A stretch of 63,617 nt of DNA, filler included, from Octopus bimaculoides (GCF_001194135.2; 7 parts of 7 records of this genome joined end to end with filler, not necessarily neighbours in it); one strand, 5' to 3'. Shown: positions 10,588 through 24,244, counted from the first letter of the whole stretch. Made by a program: numbers and translations. Notes: generated by a model not told the origin, from the sequence alone.

Positions 10588-12054
10588 TACACATGTGTAT
10601 TAAATTAAAGCAAATGAAATATCTAAATATTCTTTCTTTCTTTTATACGTTTACTTGCTTCAGTTGTTTGACTGAGGTACATAAACCACCACATCACAAC
10701 AAGAATTGGACTTTGTGGTGGATCCTGGAACTATAGTAGAAGACATTTGCCTAAGGGGCAATACGATGGAACTGAACCTGAAGCTACATGATTGCAAACT
10801 AAACTTTATAACCTCACAGCCTTTCCCATTTTCTCACTTTTGCTGCATGCGCATGTGTAGATTTACAGATTTGGTTGGTGGAAACTGAAAGAAGCTTATT
10901 TTATACTTATGTTTGTGTCTCCTTGAGGTATTGGAGGGGAACTTTCTTGGTGCAATCCCATGGTCATTCATGACTTAAGGGTTTTTTTACCCTTTACCTT
11001 TACCCTGTGTCTCTTTGTCTTGTTCAGCTAAACCATTCTAGGAATTGCTTCAGCATGGTTGCTGTTCAATGGCTAAAACAAGTGATAAAATATAATAAAA
11101 TTAAATACTGAAAACCAAGCTGAAGCTGAGAAAGAGTAATAATTTCATTGACAAGACTTAAACTCTGAACCTGTTGCTCACCTTATAGCCACATTACTGA
11201 TCATACCATAGTATGTCTATATCTCTTCTTTTTTAAATTTAGACATTACAAGTATGTCTGTTTCAATAGATCTTGTAACTTCTACTGTTGCCTATTTCAT
11301 TGAATAATTTGTCAGAAATTTACCCATAAAGAGTTACGCGTCTTCACAGTGAACATCATCATCATCATCAGCAGCAGCAGCAACATCATCATGGTTGTAA
11401 TTAATGTCTACTTCCCATGCTTGCGTAGGTTCAACAGAGTTTAACTGAGGCAAATTTCTATAGCTGGATGCCCTTCCTGCTGCCAACCCTCATCTGCTTC
11501 TGAGTAAGGAAATATTTCCTCATTACCAGACATATTTTCATAGAATATTGGAAAAGAAGGACACTGCTTGTATGGCAGTGACACTCATTTACAACTATCA
11601 CACAATGTAAAGACAAGAAGATACTAATGCACACTCACACATACATATATGCACACATGTACAAACACACACACATATGATGGAGTTCTTTCAGTTTTCT
11701 TCTACTAAATCCTCTCACAAGGTTTTGGTTAGTCTAGGGATATTAGTAGACAACACTTCCAAGATACCATGCTGTGGCACTGTACCTAAAACTCTGTAGG
11801 TGAGAAGTAAACTTTTCAACCGCACAACCATATTGTATGGTTAAGAAATTCTCCTTGCAGCCACAGAGTGTTTCAGTTCAATCTCATAGCATGACATCTG
11901 AGGCAAGTTTTTCTTTCTACCATTGACATGGGTTTATCCTATGGTTTATCCATATCCATTCATAAATTAGCCAAAACAGAAACTCAGACAAGATAATTAA
12001 ATTGAAGTCATTCATACCACATAAATACTTATCACATTCCTCAGATAAATTCTT

Positions 12055-12420
12055 AATCGAAAAGTTAACTTCGTTAACCGTTGATCTGTTAGCCAAAATG
12101 TTACCTTCAATAACCATTAATCAATTAATTATTTCCTAACATAACGGAAATTATCAACAAACTGTTGATATGAATTTTTATTATAGAAAAAACAGAAAAT
12201 CAGTTTTTGCGCTAAAACCACCTAAAAACACCTTTAAAAAGTGCCAGAACTATAAACTCTGTAAACTTCAATTCAATTAAAGTTAACAGAAGTTAAATGT
12301 AATGGCAGTTAATTAGTCTAATAAGGGTTTCCAAGTTAACTTAAAAGCTAAATTGTTTACGAAAATGGTAACTTCGTTAATTAACAATTAGCGGATTAAT
12401 GGGTTGGTGCCCAGGTTTGG
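12055..12420. mobile_element. Possible non-autonomous DNA transposon remnant (hAT-like) with AAGTTAAC subterminal repeats
   Basis: Repeated AAGTTAAC/GTTAAC motifs; right end GTGCCCAGGTTTG resembles a hAT-type TIR. Left TIR not found. Confidence 0.3.
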
Positions 12421-14667
12421 TTAATCCCAAGCCTTATGAATGAAATCTGGTAAATCTTTAGCCTTTTATCTTTTATTTGTTTCAATCATTAGACTGTGAG
12501 CATGCTTGGGTACCACTTTGGATAATTTTTTAGTTAAATGAATTGACCACAGTACTTTTTTTTTTAAGCCTGGTGCTTATTTTATCAGTCTGAACTGCTA
12601 GGCTACAGGGACATAAATACACCAACACCAGTTGTCAAGCAGTGGTGGGGGAGAAACACAGAGATGCACACACATAAATAAATATGTGTGGTAAGTAGCT
12701 TGCTTACCAACCACATGGTTCCGGGTTCATTCCCACTGAAAAGCACCTTGGGCTAGTGTCTTCTACTATAAAGCCTTGTGAGTGGATTTAGTAGATGGAA
12801 ACTGAAAGAAGCCTGTCATATATATGTATATATATATGTGTGTGTGTGTGTATATGTTTGTGTGTCTGTGTTTGTCCCCACCAATATCGCTTGACAACCG
12901 ATGGTGGTGTGTTTACATCCCCGTAACTTAGCAGTTCGGCAAAAGAGACCAATAGAATAAGTACTAGGCTTCCAAAGAATAAGTCCTGGGGTTGATTTGC
13001 TCAACTAAAGGTGGTGCTCCAGCATGGCCACAGTCAAATGATTGAAACAAGTAAAATATAAAAAAAAGTATGNNNNNNNNNNNNNNNNNNNNNNNNNNNN
13101 NNNNNNNNNNNNNNNNNNNNNNNNNNNNNNNNNNNNNNNNNNNNNNNNNNNNNNNNNNNNNNNNNNNNNNNNNNNNNNNNNNNNNNNNNNNNNNNNNNNN
13201 NNNNNNNNNNNNNNNNNNNNNNTATATATATATATATGAATATGTTTGTGCTCCCCACCATCACTTGACAACCAATGCTGGTGTGTTTACACTCCCGTAA
13301 CCTAGCAGTTCAGCAAAAGAAACTGATAGAATAAGTATTAGGCATACAAAGAATAAGTCCTGGGGTTGATTTGTTCGACTAAAGGTGGTGCTCCAGCATG
13401 GCCGCAGTCAAATGACTGAAACAAGTAAAAGAATATAAAACCAAACACATCACACACACACACACACACACACACGTATATACACACAATGGGCTTCTTT
13501 AAGTTTCTGTCTATCAAATTCACACTCACAAGGTTTTGGTTGGCTTGAGGCTATAATAGAAGACATTTACCAAAGGTGCTACACTGTGGGACTGAACCCA
13601 GAAACATGTGGTTGGGAAGCAAGCTTCATGTCACACAGCCACACCTGTGCCTGTGAACATTTTGACAAAGCCCATCAAACAGGCACCTGTTCTTAAGTGT
13701 AGACTTAATCGTTCATCCAGTAAAATACCACCAACTGGTGTTCTTGGGTGATTTTGAAGGCATTTAACTATATTGTAAGCGTTCTGACTGCAACAATTTA
13801 TGAGTCACAATTTCTATCTCCTTCCCTTCCTATCAATCTCAGAACCCCCTACAGAGATCATGGGTGGTGCTATCCGATTCTGACTAAGCTGAAAAAAATA
13901 TATATATTAGAGTTATCAGATTTTGATTTTATGCTTCAATGAAAACTAGCATGGAGAATTTAATTATGAATATAATTAAAAAAAATTAATGGCTAATACT
14001 TTTAATTGCTGACCCTCTGCAAAGCATAATTATAACCCACATTAGAGTTTGTGTATTGCTCATGTATCTGAGATGATAGTGTGTTACTTCAACAGATACA
14101 AACGATGTAGACCAGTGGCTTGGGTTCTTAATCTTTTTGACATTGTGGTGCACTGGAGATTAAATATAAAAAAAATTACTGTTGAACTGGAAATTAAATG
14201 GAAAAATACTGGTAGACTTTGCATGGAAAATTAAACCAGACTTGGTTTTAATGTTAAAAAACCAGAAACCAAAAATATATCGGAAACTATAACTTATTTT
14301 GTTTCATTAACCATTCTTGCATATAACAGAATTATGAATAACATTTTTTTTTTAAAGATGTTCAAGCATTAGTATAGATTTTCTAAAGCCTTAAATCATC
14401 ATCATCATCATTGTTGTCGTCGTCATCGTCATCATTACCATCATCATTATAACAGCCACTTTTCTATGCATGCATGGGGAAGGTGGAGTTCATTGAGGCT
14501 AATTTTTCTATGGCTGCATGCTCTCCTTGTTGCCAACCCTCATCTGTTTCCTGGCATGTTTTTATAGAAGAGTGACATTGACATTGTGTAACTCTCATTT
14601 ACAACCATCACGTAATGTCAAATTAAGAACACAAACACATAAACACACACAAACACACACAAACACA

Positions 14668-14706
<39 letters not shown>

Positions 14707-14819
14707 ACACACACACACAAAAACAAACATAGACATACACATGTATCACACACATATGTACTTATATATACATTATTTCTCACTGTATTAAGTTTCTAAA
14801 TACTTGCATCAACAATATA

Positions 14820-15555
14820 CAAGGGTTAGACAAAATAATGGAAACACCTTAAAATTTCAAACAAATTTATTTTAATATGGGGTGGGATCGCCTTTGGCAA
14901 TAATTACAGTTTGAATTCTATGTGGTATGGACTCGTACAAAGTTTGAATTGTTTCCAAAGGAATTTTTGTCCATCCTTCAGCAAAAACAATCTCTAGTTC
15001 TTGTAGTGATGATGGTGGAGGACATCGACTCTTTACTTGTTTTTCTAAAATGCACCATAAACGTTCAATAATATTGAGATCTTGAGTCTGTGGTCGCCAG
15101 ATAAGATGTTCAACGTCAGTAGAAAGTTCTTTGTGCCTTTCAGTAACAAATTTAGCTGTGTGAATTGGTGCATTATCATCCTGAAAGACTGCGTTTCCCT
15201 CCAGAAACAGTTCTGCAACCATAGGATGAATTTGATCAGATAAATTGCTTGACTATTAATTCTGCCATGAAGGGAAACCATTGGGCTGGCAGATTTCCAA
15301 GACATAGCCCCCTGGATCATCACAGATCCTCCTCCATGTTTAACAGTTGGAAGAAGGCAGTCTGGGTCAAATGCTTCTTTTGGCTGTCTCCACACGTATA
15401 CTTGGCCTATGGTCAGAAATAAGGTAAAAGATGACTCATCGGAGAAAATAACATTCTTCCACTGCTCAAGGGACCAATTTTGTAGGTTTTTACTCCACTC
15501 TAAATGCTTTGAAAGTAGTGGTTTTTCTGATTGCAGCCCTCCTGCTTGTGTTTCC
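14820..15555 (-). mobile_element. Tc1-family (DD34E) transposon, 3' two-thirds with terminal TIR; frameshifted pseudogene
   Basis: WKNVIFSDESSF...PTVKHGGGSVM...VFQDDNAPIHTA...WRPQTQDLNIIERLW...AKGDPTPY*. TIR CAAGGGTTAGACAAAATAATGGAAACACC from 14820, preceded by TA. The 5' part is cut at a family B SINE half. Confidence 0.92.
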
Positions 15556-16816
15556 ATAACTTAGCAGTGTGGCAAAAGAGACAGATAGAAAGATAGAATA
15601 AATACCAGGCAGCTAAAAAAAGATACAAGTCCTATGGTTGGGTTGATCTGTTCAACTAAAACCCTTCAAAACCTTCATGCAGTATCCCAGCATGGCTGCA
15701 GTCCAATGACTGAAACAAGTAAAAGATAAAGATATCTATCAACAGCTTTTGAAGAGGTGAAGGGATGATAGATGTTAAAAGTTCAGTTAAAAACAGATAG
15801 ATATTTATTTAATTATTGCTATTTAGTTCATCAATTATTAAATAATTGACTATACAGCCTGTGAAAGTATTATTTATGCAAGTGAGACTAATTGATTTTG
15901 TGAAGTCATAATATTTTGTGACTATAAATAACTATAAGGAATACATATTTCTCTCTAGGCAAAGGTAGGTGTGTTCCCCCGGAATAAACCCCCAAACTAA
16001 AGGTCTGGGTCTTTTTTCTGTCTATGGAGAAACAAAAATGACATTTGTTAAGGTATATCTTTATGTGCATTTCAAAGATATATATATACACGTTGGCACG
16101 CAAAAGGCACCTACTACACTCTTGGAGTGGTTGACATTAGGAAGGATGTCCAGCTGCCTTGCCAAATCAGATTGGAGCCTGGTGCAGTCTCCCGGCCTGC
16201 CAGTTCTCAGTCAAACCGTCCAACCCATGCCAGCATGGAAAGCAAACATTAAACAACGATGATGATGATGATGATGATGATGATAATGATGATGATGACA
16301 CACACTGCATAATGTTGAAAATAATATTTAGTGCATCAATAATTAAATATTTGGTTATATAACCACTACAAGCACTATCTATGCAAATCAGATTAACTGA
16401 TTTATTGAAGGTATTATATTTAGTGGCTATATATAATTACAAGCAGTAACTTTCTCCCTGTGTGTGCAAGCAATGATGGGTGTGTCATATCTGAAGATGT
16501 CCCAACTAAGATCAAACCAGATCAAGCCGACCCCCATTTTTTCTGTTCCATTCATGGAGTAATGAAAAAACTGAAATTTTATATTTGTTTACATTTGTCC
16601 AAGTATATTCAATTACACATCACTGCAATGGTTAATCCTGTCAGCACTACTAGACAAGAAAACCAACATCTGGACCTGAGCTCCACAAGTCTTCGGTCAG
16701 CCTCACAGCCAGTGCACTTTATGATGTATGTTCTACAAACAGAAGGAGATGTTATTGAAAACATCTTGGCATAAACATAAAATCTCAAACATTATCAACA
16801 ACATATACTTAATGTA

Positions 16817-17075
16817 TGAGGGATAGTCAAAATTTATATGCACTCTTGTTTTTTCAATGTATTTACACAAAAGTAGGGAATAAAAAAGTACATCATTTTT
16901 CTATATAGTCTCTTTCCTTTTCGATGCACTTGGTCCAGTGGTCCACAAGCTTGCATATTCCCTCCAAGAAGAAGGTTTTTGGTTAGTCGTGCAGCCATTT
17001 ATGCACTGCTTCCTTCACATCTTTATCCATAGGAAATCGATGACCTCGTAAACCATCTTTAAGCAATCCAAAGAT
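16817..17075 (-). mobile_element. Mariner transposon 3' end (transposase C-terminus plus TIR)
   Basis: Minus strand YHIFGLLKDGLRGHRFPMDKDVKEAVHKWLHD*PKTFFLEGICKLVDHWTKCIEKG matches the mariner C-terminus. TA + TGAGGGATAGTCAAAA resembles a CGAGGG-type TIR. Confidence 0.85.
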
Positions 17076-17321
17076 ATGATAGTTGTATTTGTCCCCCCCA
17101 CCAACACTTGACAACCAATGCTGGAGTGTTTATGTCCCCGTAACATAGTGGTTCGGCAAAAAAGAGTGATAGAATAAGTACTACACTTACAAAGAATAAG
17201 TCCTGGGGTTGATTTCTTTGACTAGAAAATACTCTTTAAGGTGGTGCTCCAGCATAGCCACAGTCAAAACGACTGTGACAACTAAAAGAATATACACACA
17301 CAGACACACACATATATATAT

Positions 17322-17608
17322 AAATAATACAGAATGGGACAAGAACGCAAAACATCCAGACAGTCAGGTGATACAAGAAAGGGACAAAACATCCAGCTAG
17401 ACGATACAAAGAAAACAAGGACAGGTCATTCGGAGTTTTCTTTCCTCAGTCGAGATCCAGATTAGCCTTGCAATTTCGGCTAGGAAAGAAAACTCCAAAT
17501 GACCTGTCCTTGTTTTCTTTGTATCGTCTATCTGGATGTTTTGTCCCTTTCTTGTATCACCAAACTGTCTGGATGTTTTGCGTTCTTGTGTCCCATTCTG
17601 TATTATTT
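17322..17608. repeat. Long inverted repeat (~125-bp arms, ~32-bp loop)
   Basis: Arms 17322-17446 and 17479-17608 are near-identical reverse complements. The right end abuts an assembly spacer. Confidence 0.9.
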
Positions 17609-17708
17609 NNNNNNNNNNNNNNNNNNNNNNNNNNNNNNNNNNNNNNNNNNNNTTAATTAATTAANNNNNNNNNNNNNNNNNNNNNNNNNNNNNNNNNNNN
17701 NNNNNNNN
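17609..17708. other. Artificial 100-bp scaffold spacer (44N-TTAATTAATTAA-44N); also at 44433, 52181, 55928, 57137, 61166
   Basis: Identical 12-mer with stops in all six frames, always centred in the same N padding. Confidence 0.9.
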
Positions 17709-17854
17709 AAGGCCCGAAATTTTGGGGAAGAGGGGCTTGTTGATTAGATCGACCCTAGTACGTAACTAATACTTAACTTATCGACCCCAAAATGATGAAA
17801 GGCAAAGTCAGCCATGGCGGGATAGCAGTATATACTGATACACAAACGGGTATG

Positions 17855-17885
<31 letters not shown>

Positions 17886-19707
17886 ACACACACACACACA
17901 TTAACACACACATGTACGCGTTCGAACGGACACAACCATACATACACACAGATACACACACACACGCACACATACACACATACACACAGAAACACATGAA
18001 CACACATTAATGTAAATGCATAAATGCATACATTATATATGTAAATATTTATTTGTGTACACGTGTGTGTTTGTGTGTGTGTACTATGGTGTGCGTGCGC
18101 GTGTAACATTTATGTGTGAAATTCATTCAAGAATTTCTCCTCCAGTCCAGAGAATTCTAGATTTCGTCCTATTGTCCTTTTGACGTCATAATATCGGAAA
18201 CGTTTTCTCCAAGATCTACGTTTCAAATAATATTCAGTCTCTTTCAACCTTCCGCGGGGATTAGAGGCTAGGGAATGTGTGCGCCGGGGGACGCACCCGG
18301 ACACCTGAAGACTAGAGTGAAGTCAAAGTCATCTTCACCTTGTTTTTGGTGTTTGTGGGGATATTTTGAGCGGACCTTCACAGGCGTGCTCTCCAGACAT
18401 TTGCATTCTTATAACGTTCTGAAAAAATACATNNNNNNNNNNNNNNNNNNNNNNNNNNNNNNNNNNNNNNNNNNNNNNNNNNNNNNNNNNNNNNNNNNNN
18501 NNNNNNNNNNNNNNNNNNNNNNNNNNNNNNNNNNNNNNNNNNNNNNNNTTTCAAAATTTCAAGTTCTCTTTCTTTCACTCATACACTTATGCACGCAGAC
18601 ACAGGCAAACTTGTTTTGGGGCTTTCTTGAAATTACTTTTGTCTATAAACTTTAGTTAATCTAATATGTCCGATGTTTCTTCCTTACTTCCAACCGTATC
18701 AACAATTATAGACTGAGGCACGTACCTCTGGTACATAAACTAATCAAAATAAGAAACGTGAAACCACTGTGCGTCTCAGTAAGATAAAACCCCACTTCTT
18801 TAATTATAAATTCAACCAAACTCTTTTCTTTGATGCACTTTCTAAGGTAGATAATCTAAAAATGTTCGTTGCTATTATCTTCCAATGTATTTTGTATTAA
18901 CTCATTTGTGTGGTGAGCGGGATTTGAATGCTAGCGGACCTAGCAGCCACCTTATGAACATCCAGTTGGACAAATTGTATAATCAAGAGGAATCCACGCG
19001 AGATGCTGAAGAGAAGATGCTGAATGTAGTGTATTGTATGCGAACTAAGAGATCGGGTACGACAAGTAATGATATTTGTGTTAGTATATATTTGTGTAAT
19101 TTTGTGAAATTTTCTTTTTTTTTCACATTAAATTCCTCTACAATCTTAATGTACACAATCTGAGAGGTACGTGTAGAAAATGTCTTTAAAAGTGTACCCA
19201 TTTTTCTGGAAGTTATCAGGAAACAAATTCGGGGACACAATTGTGTGGGTCTGCCGTTTTATGCACCTTTGAGTTCTTAAACACCCTCTGTAACATGCTG
19301 GTTGGTACCATAACATAGTTACAAGGTGTCCGGTATTGTTCCTGCACCCGTATGAACTCTTAGCCAGGCAATTTCAGGACAGGAAACCTGGAGGTTCCAA
19401 CCGGAAACGATACTTTACACTTGATATAATCACACAGAATATTTCATTGTAAACAATCGTGTAACTGTAAGTGGACATGATAGTAAGGATCGGTAAATAA
19501 AAATTGTACATGGAATATTCCTTTCTACGTAAATAAATGAATTTCAAGTTGATTTCACACTCATAAATGCTTTCATTAGTACATACATGTATGTGAATAT
19601 TTGTTTCTTAGTGTGTGGGCTTGATTGTGTGTGAGTGTTCGTATATATATGTACGTATGTAATCCTGTGTATTTATGTTTGTGTATATGCATGTGTATTT
19701 GTGTGTG

Positions 19708-19711
<4 letters not shown>

Positions 19712-19786
<75 letters not shown>
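19712..19786. repeat. (AG)n microsatellite
   Basis: Perfect GA run. Confidence 0.95.
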
Positions 19787-19789
<3 letters not shown>

Positions 19790-19944
19790 TACACATGTGT
19801 GCATGAGCTGGTTTGTGTACGTGTCTTTTTCTCTTTCCACTGTGTACGTTTCTTTTCTTCTCACTCCATTTGTTACTTCTCATCTCTTTCTGTCAAAGAG
19901 TGTAGGCTCGAAACGTGAAGAACCTTTCTGTTTTTCCCGTTTGT

Positions 19945-20155
19945 GCACAACAAACATCTACACGCAACGAATGGTGAAAGACCACTCAAGCAACTTTTGT
20001 ATGGTGTGCTGGAAAATGGCAGGAGATCAGCAGATAAACCTAAAATGAAGTTCAAGAACTGCCTCAGAATTGCTCTGACACAGACAGGAATTTCAGTTGT
20101 TGATCGGGAGAAGTAGGCGCAAGAGCGAGATGGATGGAGGAAGAGAGTGCACTAC
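19945..20155 (+). mobile_element. RTE-BovB-like LINE ORF C-terminal fragment
   Basis: NGERPLKQLLYGVLENGRRSADKPKMKFKNCLR..L...GI...REK*AQERDGWRKRV matches the RTE motif RLPKQLLYGEL..G.R..G.PK.RFKD.LK...WR. Confidence 0.75.
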
Positions 20156-20237
20156 TAGCCTTGCTGATTTCCAGTGGTGGGAAGATAGGCCTGATTGTAG
20201 TGGTGACTATAGTTGTTGCAGTAGAATATTATGGCAC

Positions 20238-20242
20238 TGATG

Positions 20243-20329
<87 letters not shown>

Positions 20330-20370
20330 GTGATGATGAGGAGGATGATGATGATGATCATGATGATGAT
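20238..20370. repeat. (GAT)n microsatellite
   Basis: Long GAT run with few interruptions; source of the spurious poly-D and poly-I ORFs. Confidence 0.95.
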
Positions 20371-20724
20371 GGGACAGTTGTAGTATTCAATGAAGATGAA
20401 GAATGTGGATAGCAGGACAGTAAAGGGCTTTTCATTGTGCAGAATTCCCTTGGGAATATGATGACCAACTTCATTAGTAAACATTTTGGATTTTTTATTT
20501 ATTTATTTATGTGTGTTCTTTGGTCTTGCTTTGAGAAAACACCTAACTTAAGCAATTTTTTACTGATCAATTTTTAGACACTATTAACGAAACCTGGCAA
20601 AATATGTATGGGGTGCAAATTTTGATATTGCACCCCTAAAATTTTTAGGAGGAGCAAGTGCACCACCTGCACTCCCCGTTCCCGGGCCGTTGCTTCCACA
20701 AGTGATAAAAATTATCCTTATTCG

Positions 20725-21575
20725 TGAGGTGTGTCGGCAAAATTTTTAGGGAGTCGGACTAAATACCTTGTATTATATCTTCTTTTGAGTTCATATTCTA
20801 CTGAGGTCAACTTTGCCTTTCATCGCTCTGGGGCCGATAAAGCTATACTGTCAGTCAAGTACTACAGATGTCGATTTAATCGGTTAACCTCTTCCCTGAA
20901 ATTTTTGGCATTGCGCCTCTGTGTTCAAAGCAATTAAAGGCTGCGGATTGGCAGAATCATTAAAGCGTCGGACAAAACGTCTTCCGGTATTTTATGTTCT
21001 GGGATCCAATTCCTCCAGAGATCAACCGTGTCTTAAGACCCCTCCTGAGTCCAGCGTTGGGTGGTGGTCAGTATAACTGATCACTTTTCTCCTCTTAAAA
21101 TTGATGGCCTTGTGCTTAAGTGCGAAACTATAAAGCGATGAAGTTGAAGAATTGTTGATGCGTCAGAAAAACACTTCGCAGCATTTGGTCCGGTTCTTTC
21201 TGTTCTGAGTTCAAATCACCAAGTTAAACTTTCCCGTTTGTCCCTGCGATGTCGATAAAATAAAGTACCAGTCAAAATGAAGTCTGTAGTATAGACTTAT
21301 CCTATCTTTTCAAAATCGCTGGTCATCGACACCACCCTCATCGTTGTCGTCATCGTCATAGACCTCCTCCTTCTCCTCCTCTCCATCATCATCATCATCA
21401 TCATCATCATTTTTAATAATATTATGAGAATAAAGGCGGCGAGCTAGCAAAATCGTTGCCTTTCATACTTTCGAGGTCAATAAAATAACTGCCAGTTGAG
21501 CACTGGGGGTCGATGTAATCGACTTCCCCGCTCCTCCGGAATTGCTGACTTTGACCAAAATTTGAAATCAATATT
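20725..21575 (+). mobile_element. Cluster of four SINE family A copies (~20725-20905, 20935-21120, 21135-21310, 21435-21575)
   Basis: Repeated GGCAGAATC.TTA...TTCTGAGTTCAAAT...GAGGTC.ACTTTGCCTTTCAT...GATAAAATAAGTACCAG motifs. Confidence 0.75.
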
Positions 21576-21839
21576 ATTAACAAGATACACGTCGCATCAC
21601 TCGAAAGTTTCTTAATCTGTTTCTATGTGCAAGAGTTGTTATTTGTTGAAATTGTGTTTAGACTACTTTACACTTAGGGAAATTTAGCTTATTTATTCTT
21701 TGCACCACTGGAGCGCATATTTGGAAAGAAATTTTCAGAATTTTATTTGGGGGAGAAAAAAAACATGAAAAAAATTGGTGTCTTTTTAGGAGGGAGACAT
21801 GAAAGGTAACTGTAAGAGACATATGCAATACACTTAAAT

Positions 21840-23825
21840 GTGTTTCAAATCTAAAATCCAAATAACTGCCTCACTGCTATCAGAGCAAATAAAAGTTACG
21901 GTGACAACAACATCCTTAACAAAGACACTGCAAGCTGCAGCAGTGGCAAAGGAAATAATGTTAACAAGGGCAGCAGTAGCAGTGTCAGCAGTAGCAGTGA
22001 CAACAGTGATGGGAACATCAACAGTATCAGCAGCAGCAGCAGCAGTAGCAACAGCTAAGACAACAGTAGCAGCAACGGCAATAACGGGAAAAAAAGCAGC
22101 CGTGACAGCAGTAGTATCGACTGAAGCAGCAGCGGGTGCCGCAGCATTAGCAGTAACATAAACATCAATAATAAAACTTCTCTCGCTGGAGGGAGGGGTC
22201 TCCGCAGAAGAATTAAACAGACTCTTCCTAACAGATGAACAGGTGAAATTAAAGGACGCTGTTACACATAGGAAATTGAGGGGAGAGGATCAGAGGGTGT
22301 GCCACCTCTTGAACTTGCAGCTACACATGCTAGAAAAATGGTAGTGTATCGATGCGGTAGTTTAAAAACTCCTCGCAAGGAGACAATTATAAACACTCAA
22401 GTAGAAAGGGCTATTTACCTTGTATAGTTGGTCATCGAGCATGTAACTATTGCAAAACAGTCCGACGGGGTGGAAGACTTATTTAAGACTGAGGACCTTG
22501 CATTACAACAATAGTGTCGTCTGCCGTACGGCGGACTTCACTCACTTTCCCAGCTATTCGGGAAGAAAAGCAGAAAAGGTTACGATACCGAGTGTCCCTT
22601 CAGAACTGGATCTGGTGGACCCTGGCATGCATAATGTTGGAATGGAGGGATTCTGTCCTGGAGACAAGGGGCAAGATGCAAGAGAAATGGTTCGGGACCA
22701 CACTGGGGGACCAGCTACGTTTCGCACCACACTGGAGGACCAGCTAAGCCAGAGCTGCAGGAATGGATCTTTATTCCTCTGCCGAATGGGGTCGAATTGC
22801 GAAGAGTTGAAGAAGGCAGATGATCGAGATGTTATATCTATGGAACATTTGATCATCTTAGAGTGCTCTGCCCATACTACCAGAACAAGAAAAGAGGAAG
22901 GACGGCCTTGATGCCTCCAACATCTCTACAACAACAGCAATACCAGTGTGCAATAACAGAATCACTGGCGTAGCAGCAGTAAGGGAAAAAAGGAGCTATA
23001 ATTACATGATCTGGACCAACAACAACAATAGTAAAAACGAAATCGTCAACAACCACGGCAGAAACTCTGGGAAAAGAAAGAGCAGTGGAATCAACAACAT
23101 TAACAATAAATCTGTCAGTAGTAGTAACTGAGGTGTCGAAAAATAATGACTATAAAAAAACGTAATCGCAACCTAGGGGATATCACAACACTGCAATATT
23201 TCTTCCCCTGCTCCTGTTCTTTTCCTTCCTACACGCAAAAACACGGACGTACACACACAAGAAATTATTCCACATGCCGCAGTCCCTGTCCGAGGCGAGT
23301 ATGTGAGGAACGGCCAGGAAAAGCCAAGAAAAGCTAAAGAGAAAACAAATAGAAACCTGAAAACAACACCGAATCTACTACAAGTACACCGTCACTATCA
23401 CCAACAAAAATAAAATGTAAAAACCCAATAACGTTGAACACAGTAAGGGAAAACCAGCAGTCAAGCACTCAAATCTACCAGCGACTAAAGCAATATCAAC
23501 ACTAGCTACAAATTCTACTCCACCCAGAACATTAAAAAATTGTACGTATATCCTACCTTTACAAATCAAAATCAATAAATGATGGAAAATAATGATTCAA
23601 ATAACGTCTTAAAGTGAAGGGGATTCGCATGACAGAAACCCCACTGTGCAGCAGGGTGGGCCCGGTCGTAACTCAGCTTCTACTAGCCGTGCAAAAAGGT
23701 AGATGTGGAGTAAACAGGTAAACGCAGTCATCATTGATGTGCTATTATCGCAGCAAACTAGTAAATGAAATTCGTGGTACAATAAGGGACTCTCGACGGA
23801 GAATGGTTATTATCTTTATTATCAT
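21840..23825 (+). mobile_element. Degraded L1/Tx1-like LINE 5' part: ORF1 (RRM-like + CCHC) and probable start of ORF2 APE endonuclease
   Basis: DGVEDLFKTEDLALQ..PSYSGRKAEKVTIPSVPSEL..LPNGVELRRVEEGR*SRCYIYGTFDHLRVLCP aligns with the ORF1 at 31.7-32.1 kb. At ~23600-23825, frameshifted ITS(LN)VKGIR ... AVIIDVLL ... IRDSRRRMVIIFII weakly resembles the APE N-terminus. Confidence 0.6.
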
Positions 23826-23827
23826 AT

Positions 23828-24055
23828 GGCGGTGACCTGGCAAAATCGTTTGCACGCTGGACGAAATATTTAGCGGTATTTCACCCGTTGCTACTTTGTG
23901 AGTTCAAATTACCCCGAGGTCGACTTTGCTTTTCATGATTTCAGGGTCCATAGATTAAGTACCAGTGAAACGCTGAGGTCGATCTAATCGACTATCTCCC
24001 TCCCCCCAAATTCCAGGCCTTGTGCCAATAGTAGAAAGGATTATTATTATTATTG
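23828..24055 (+). mobile_element. SINE family A, full length, (TTA)n tail
   Basis: GGCGGTGACCTGGCAAAATCGTT ... CCAGGCCTTGTGCC..TAGTAGAAAGGATTATTATT. Confidence 0.88.
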
Positions 24056-24176
24056 CTTTGCACAGCTTCTAAAGCTTGAGATGTGTTACACTGTCAGCGG
24101 TTCACTACCAGTGAACTAGGGTAACAGAACTTATTTTTCGAGAACCTTCCAGAGTAATCGAGCGGTTCCAAACATC
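24055..24176 (-). mobile_element. R4/Dong 3' terminus (same subfamily as 4490-5352)
   Basis: Reverse complement TTGGAACCGCTCGATTACTCTGGAAGGTTCTCGAAAAATAAG...AGAAGCTGTGCAAAG-(AAT)n matches 5212-5350. Confidence 0.8.

Positions 24177-24177
<1 letters not shown>

Positions 24178-24244
<67 letters not shown>

Noticed and set aside
17653-17664. TTAATTAATTAA palindrome repeated six times in the window
   Set aside because: Always centred in 44N+44N padding (100 bp total) with stops in six frames; an assembly spacer, not biology.
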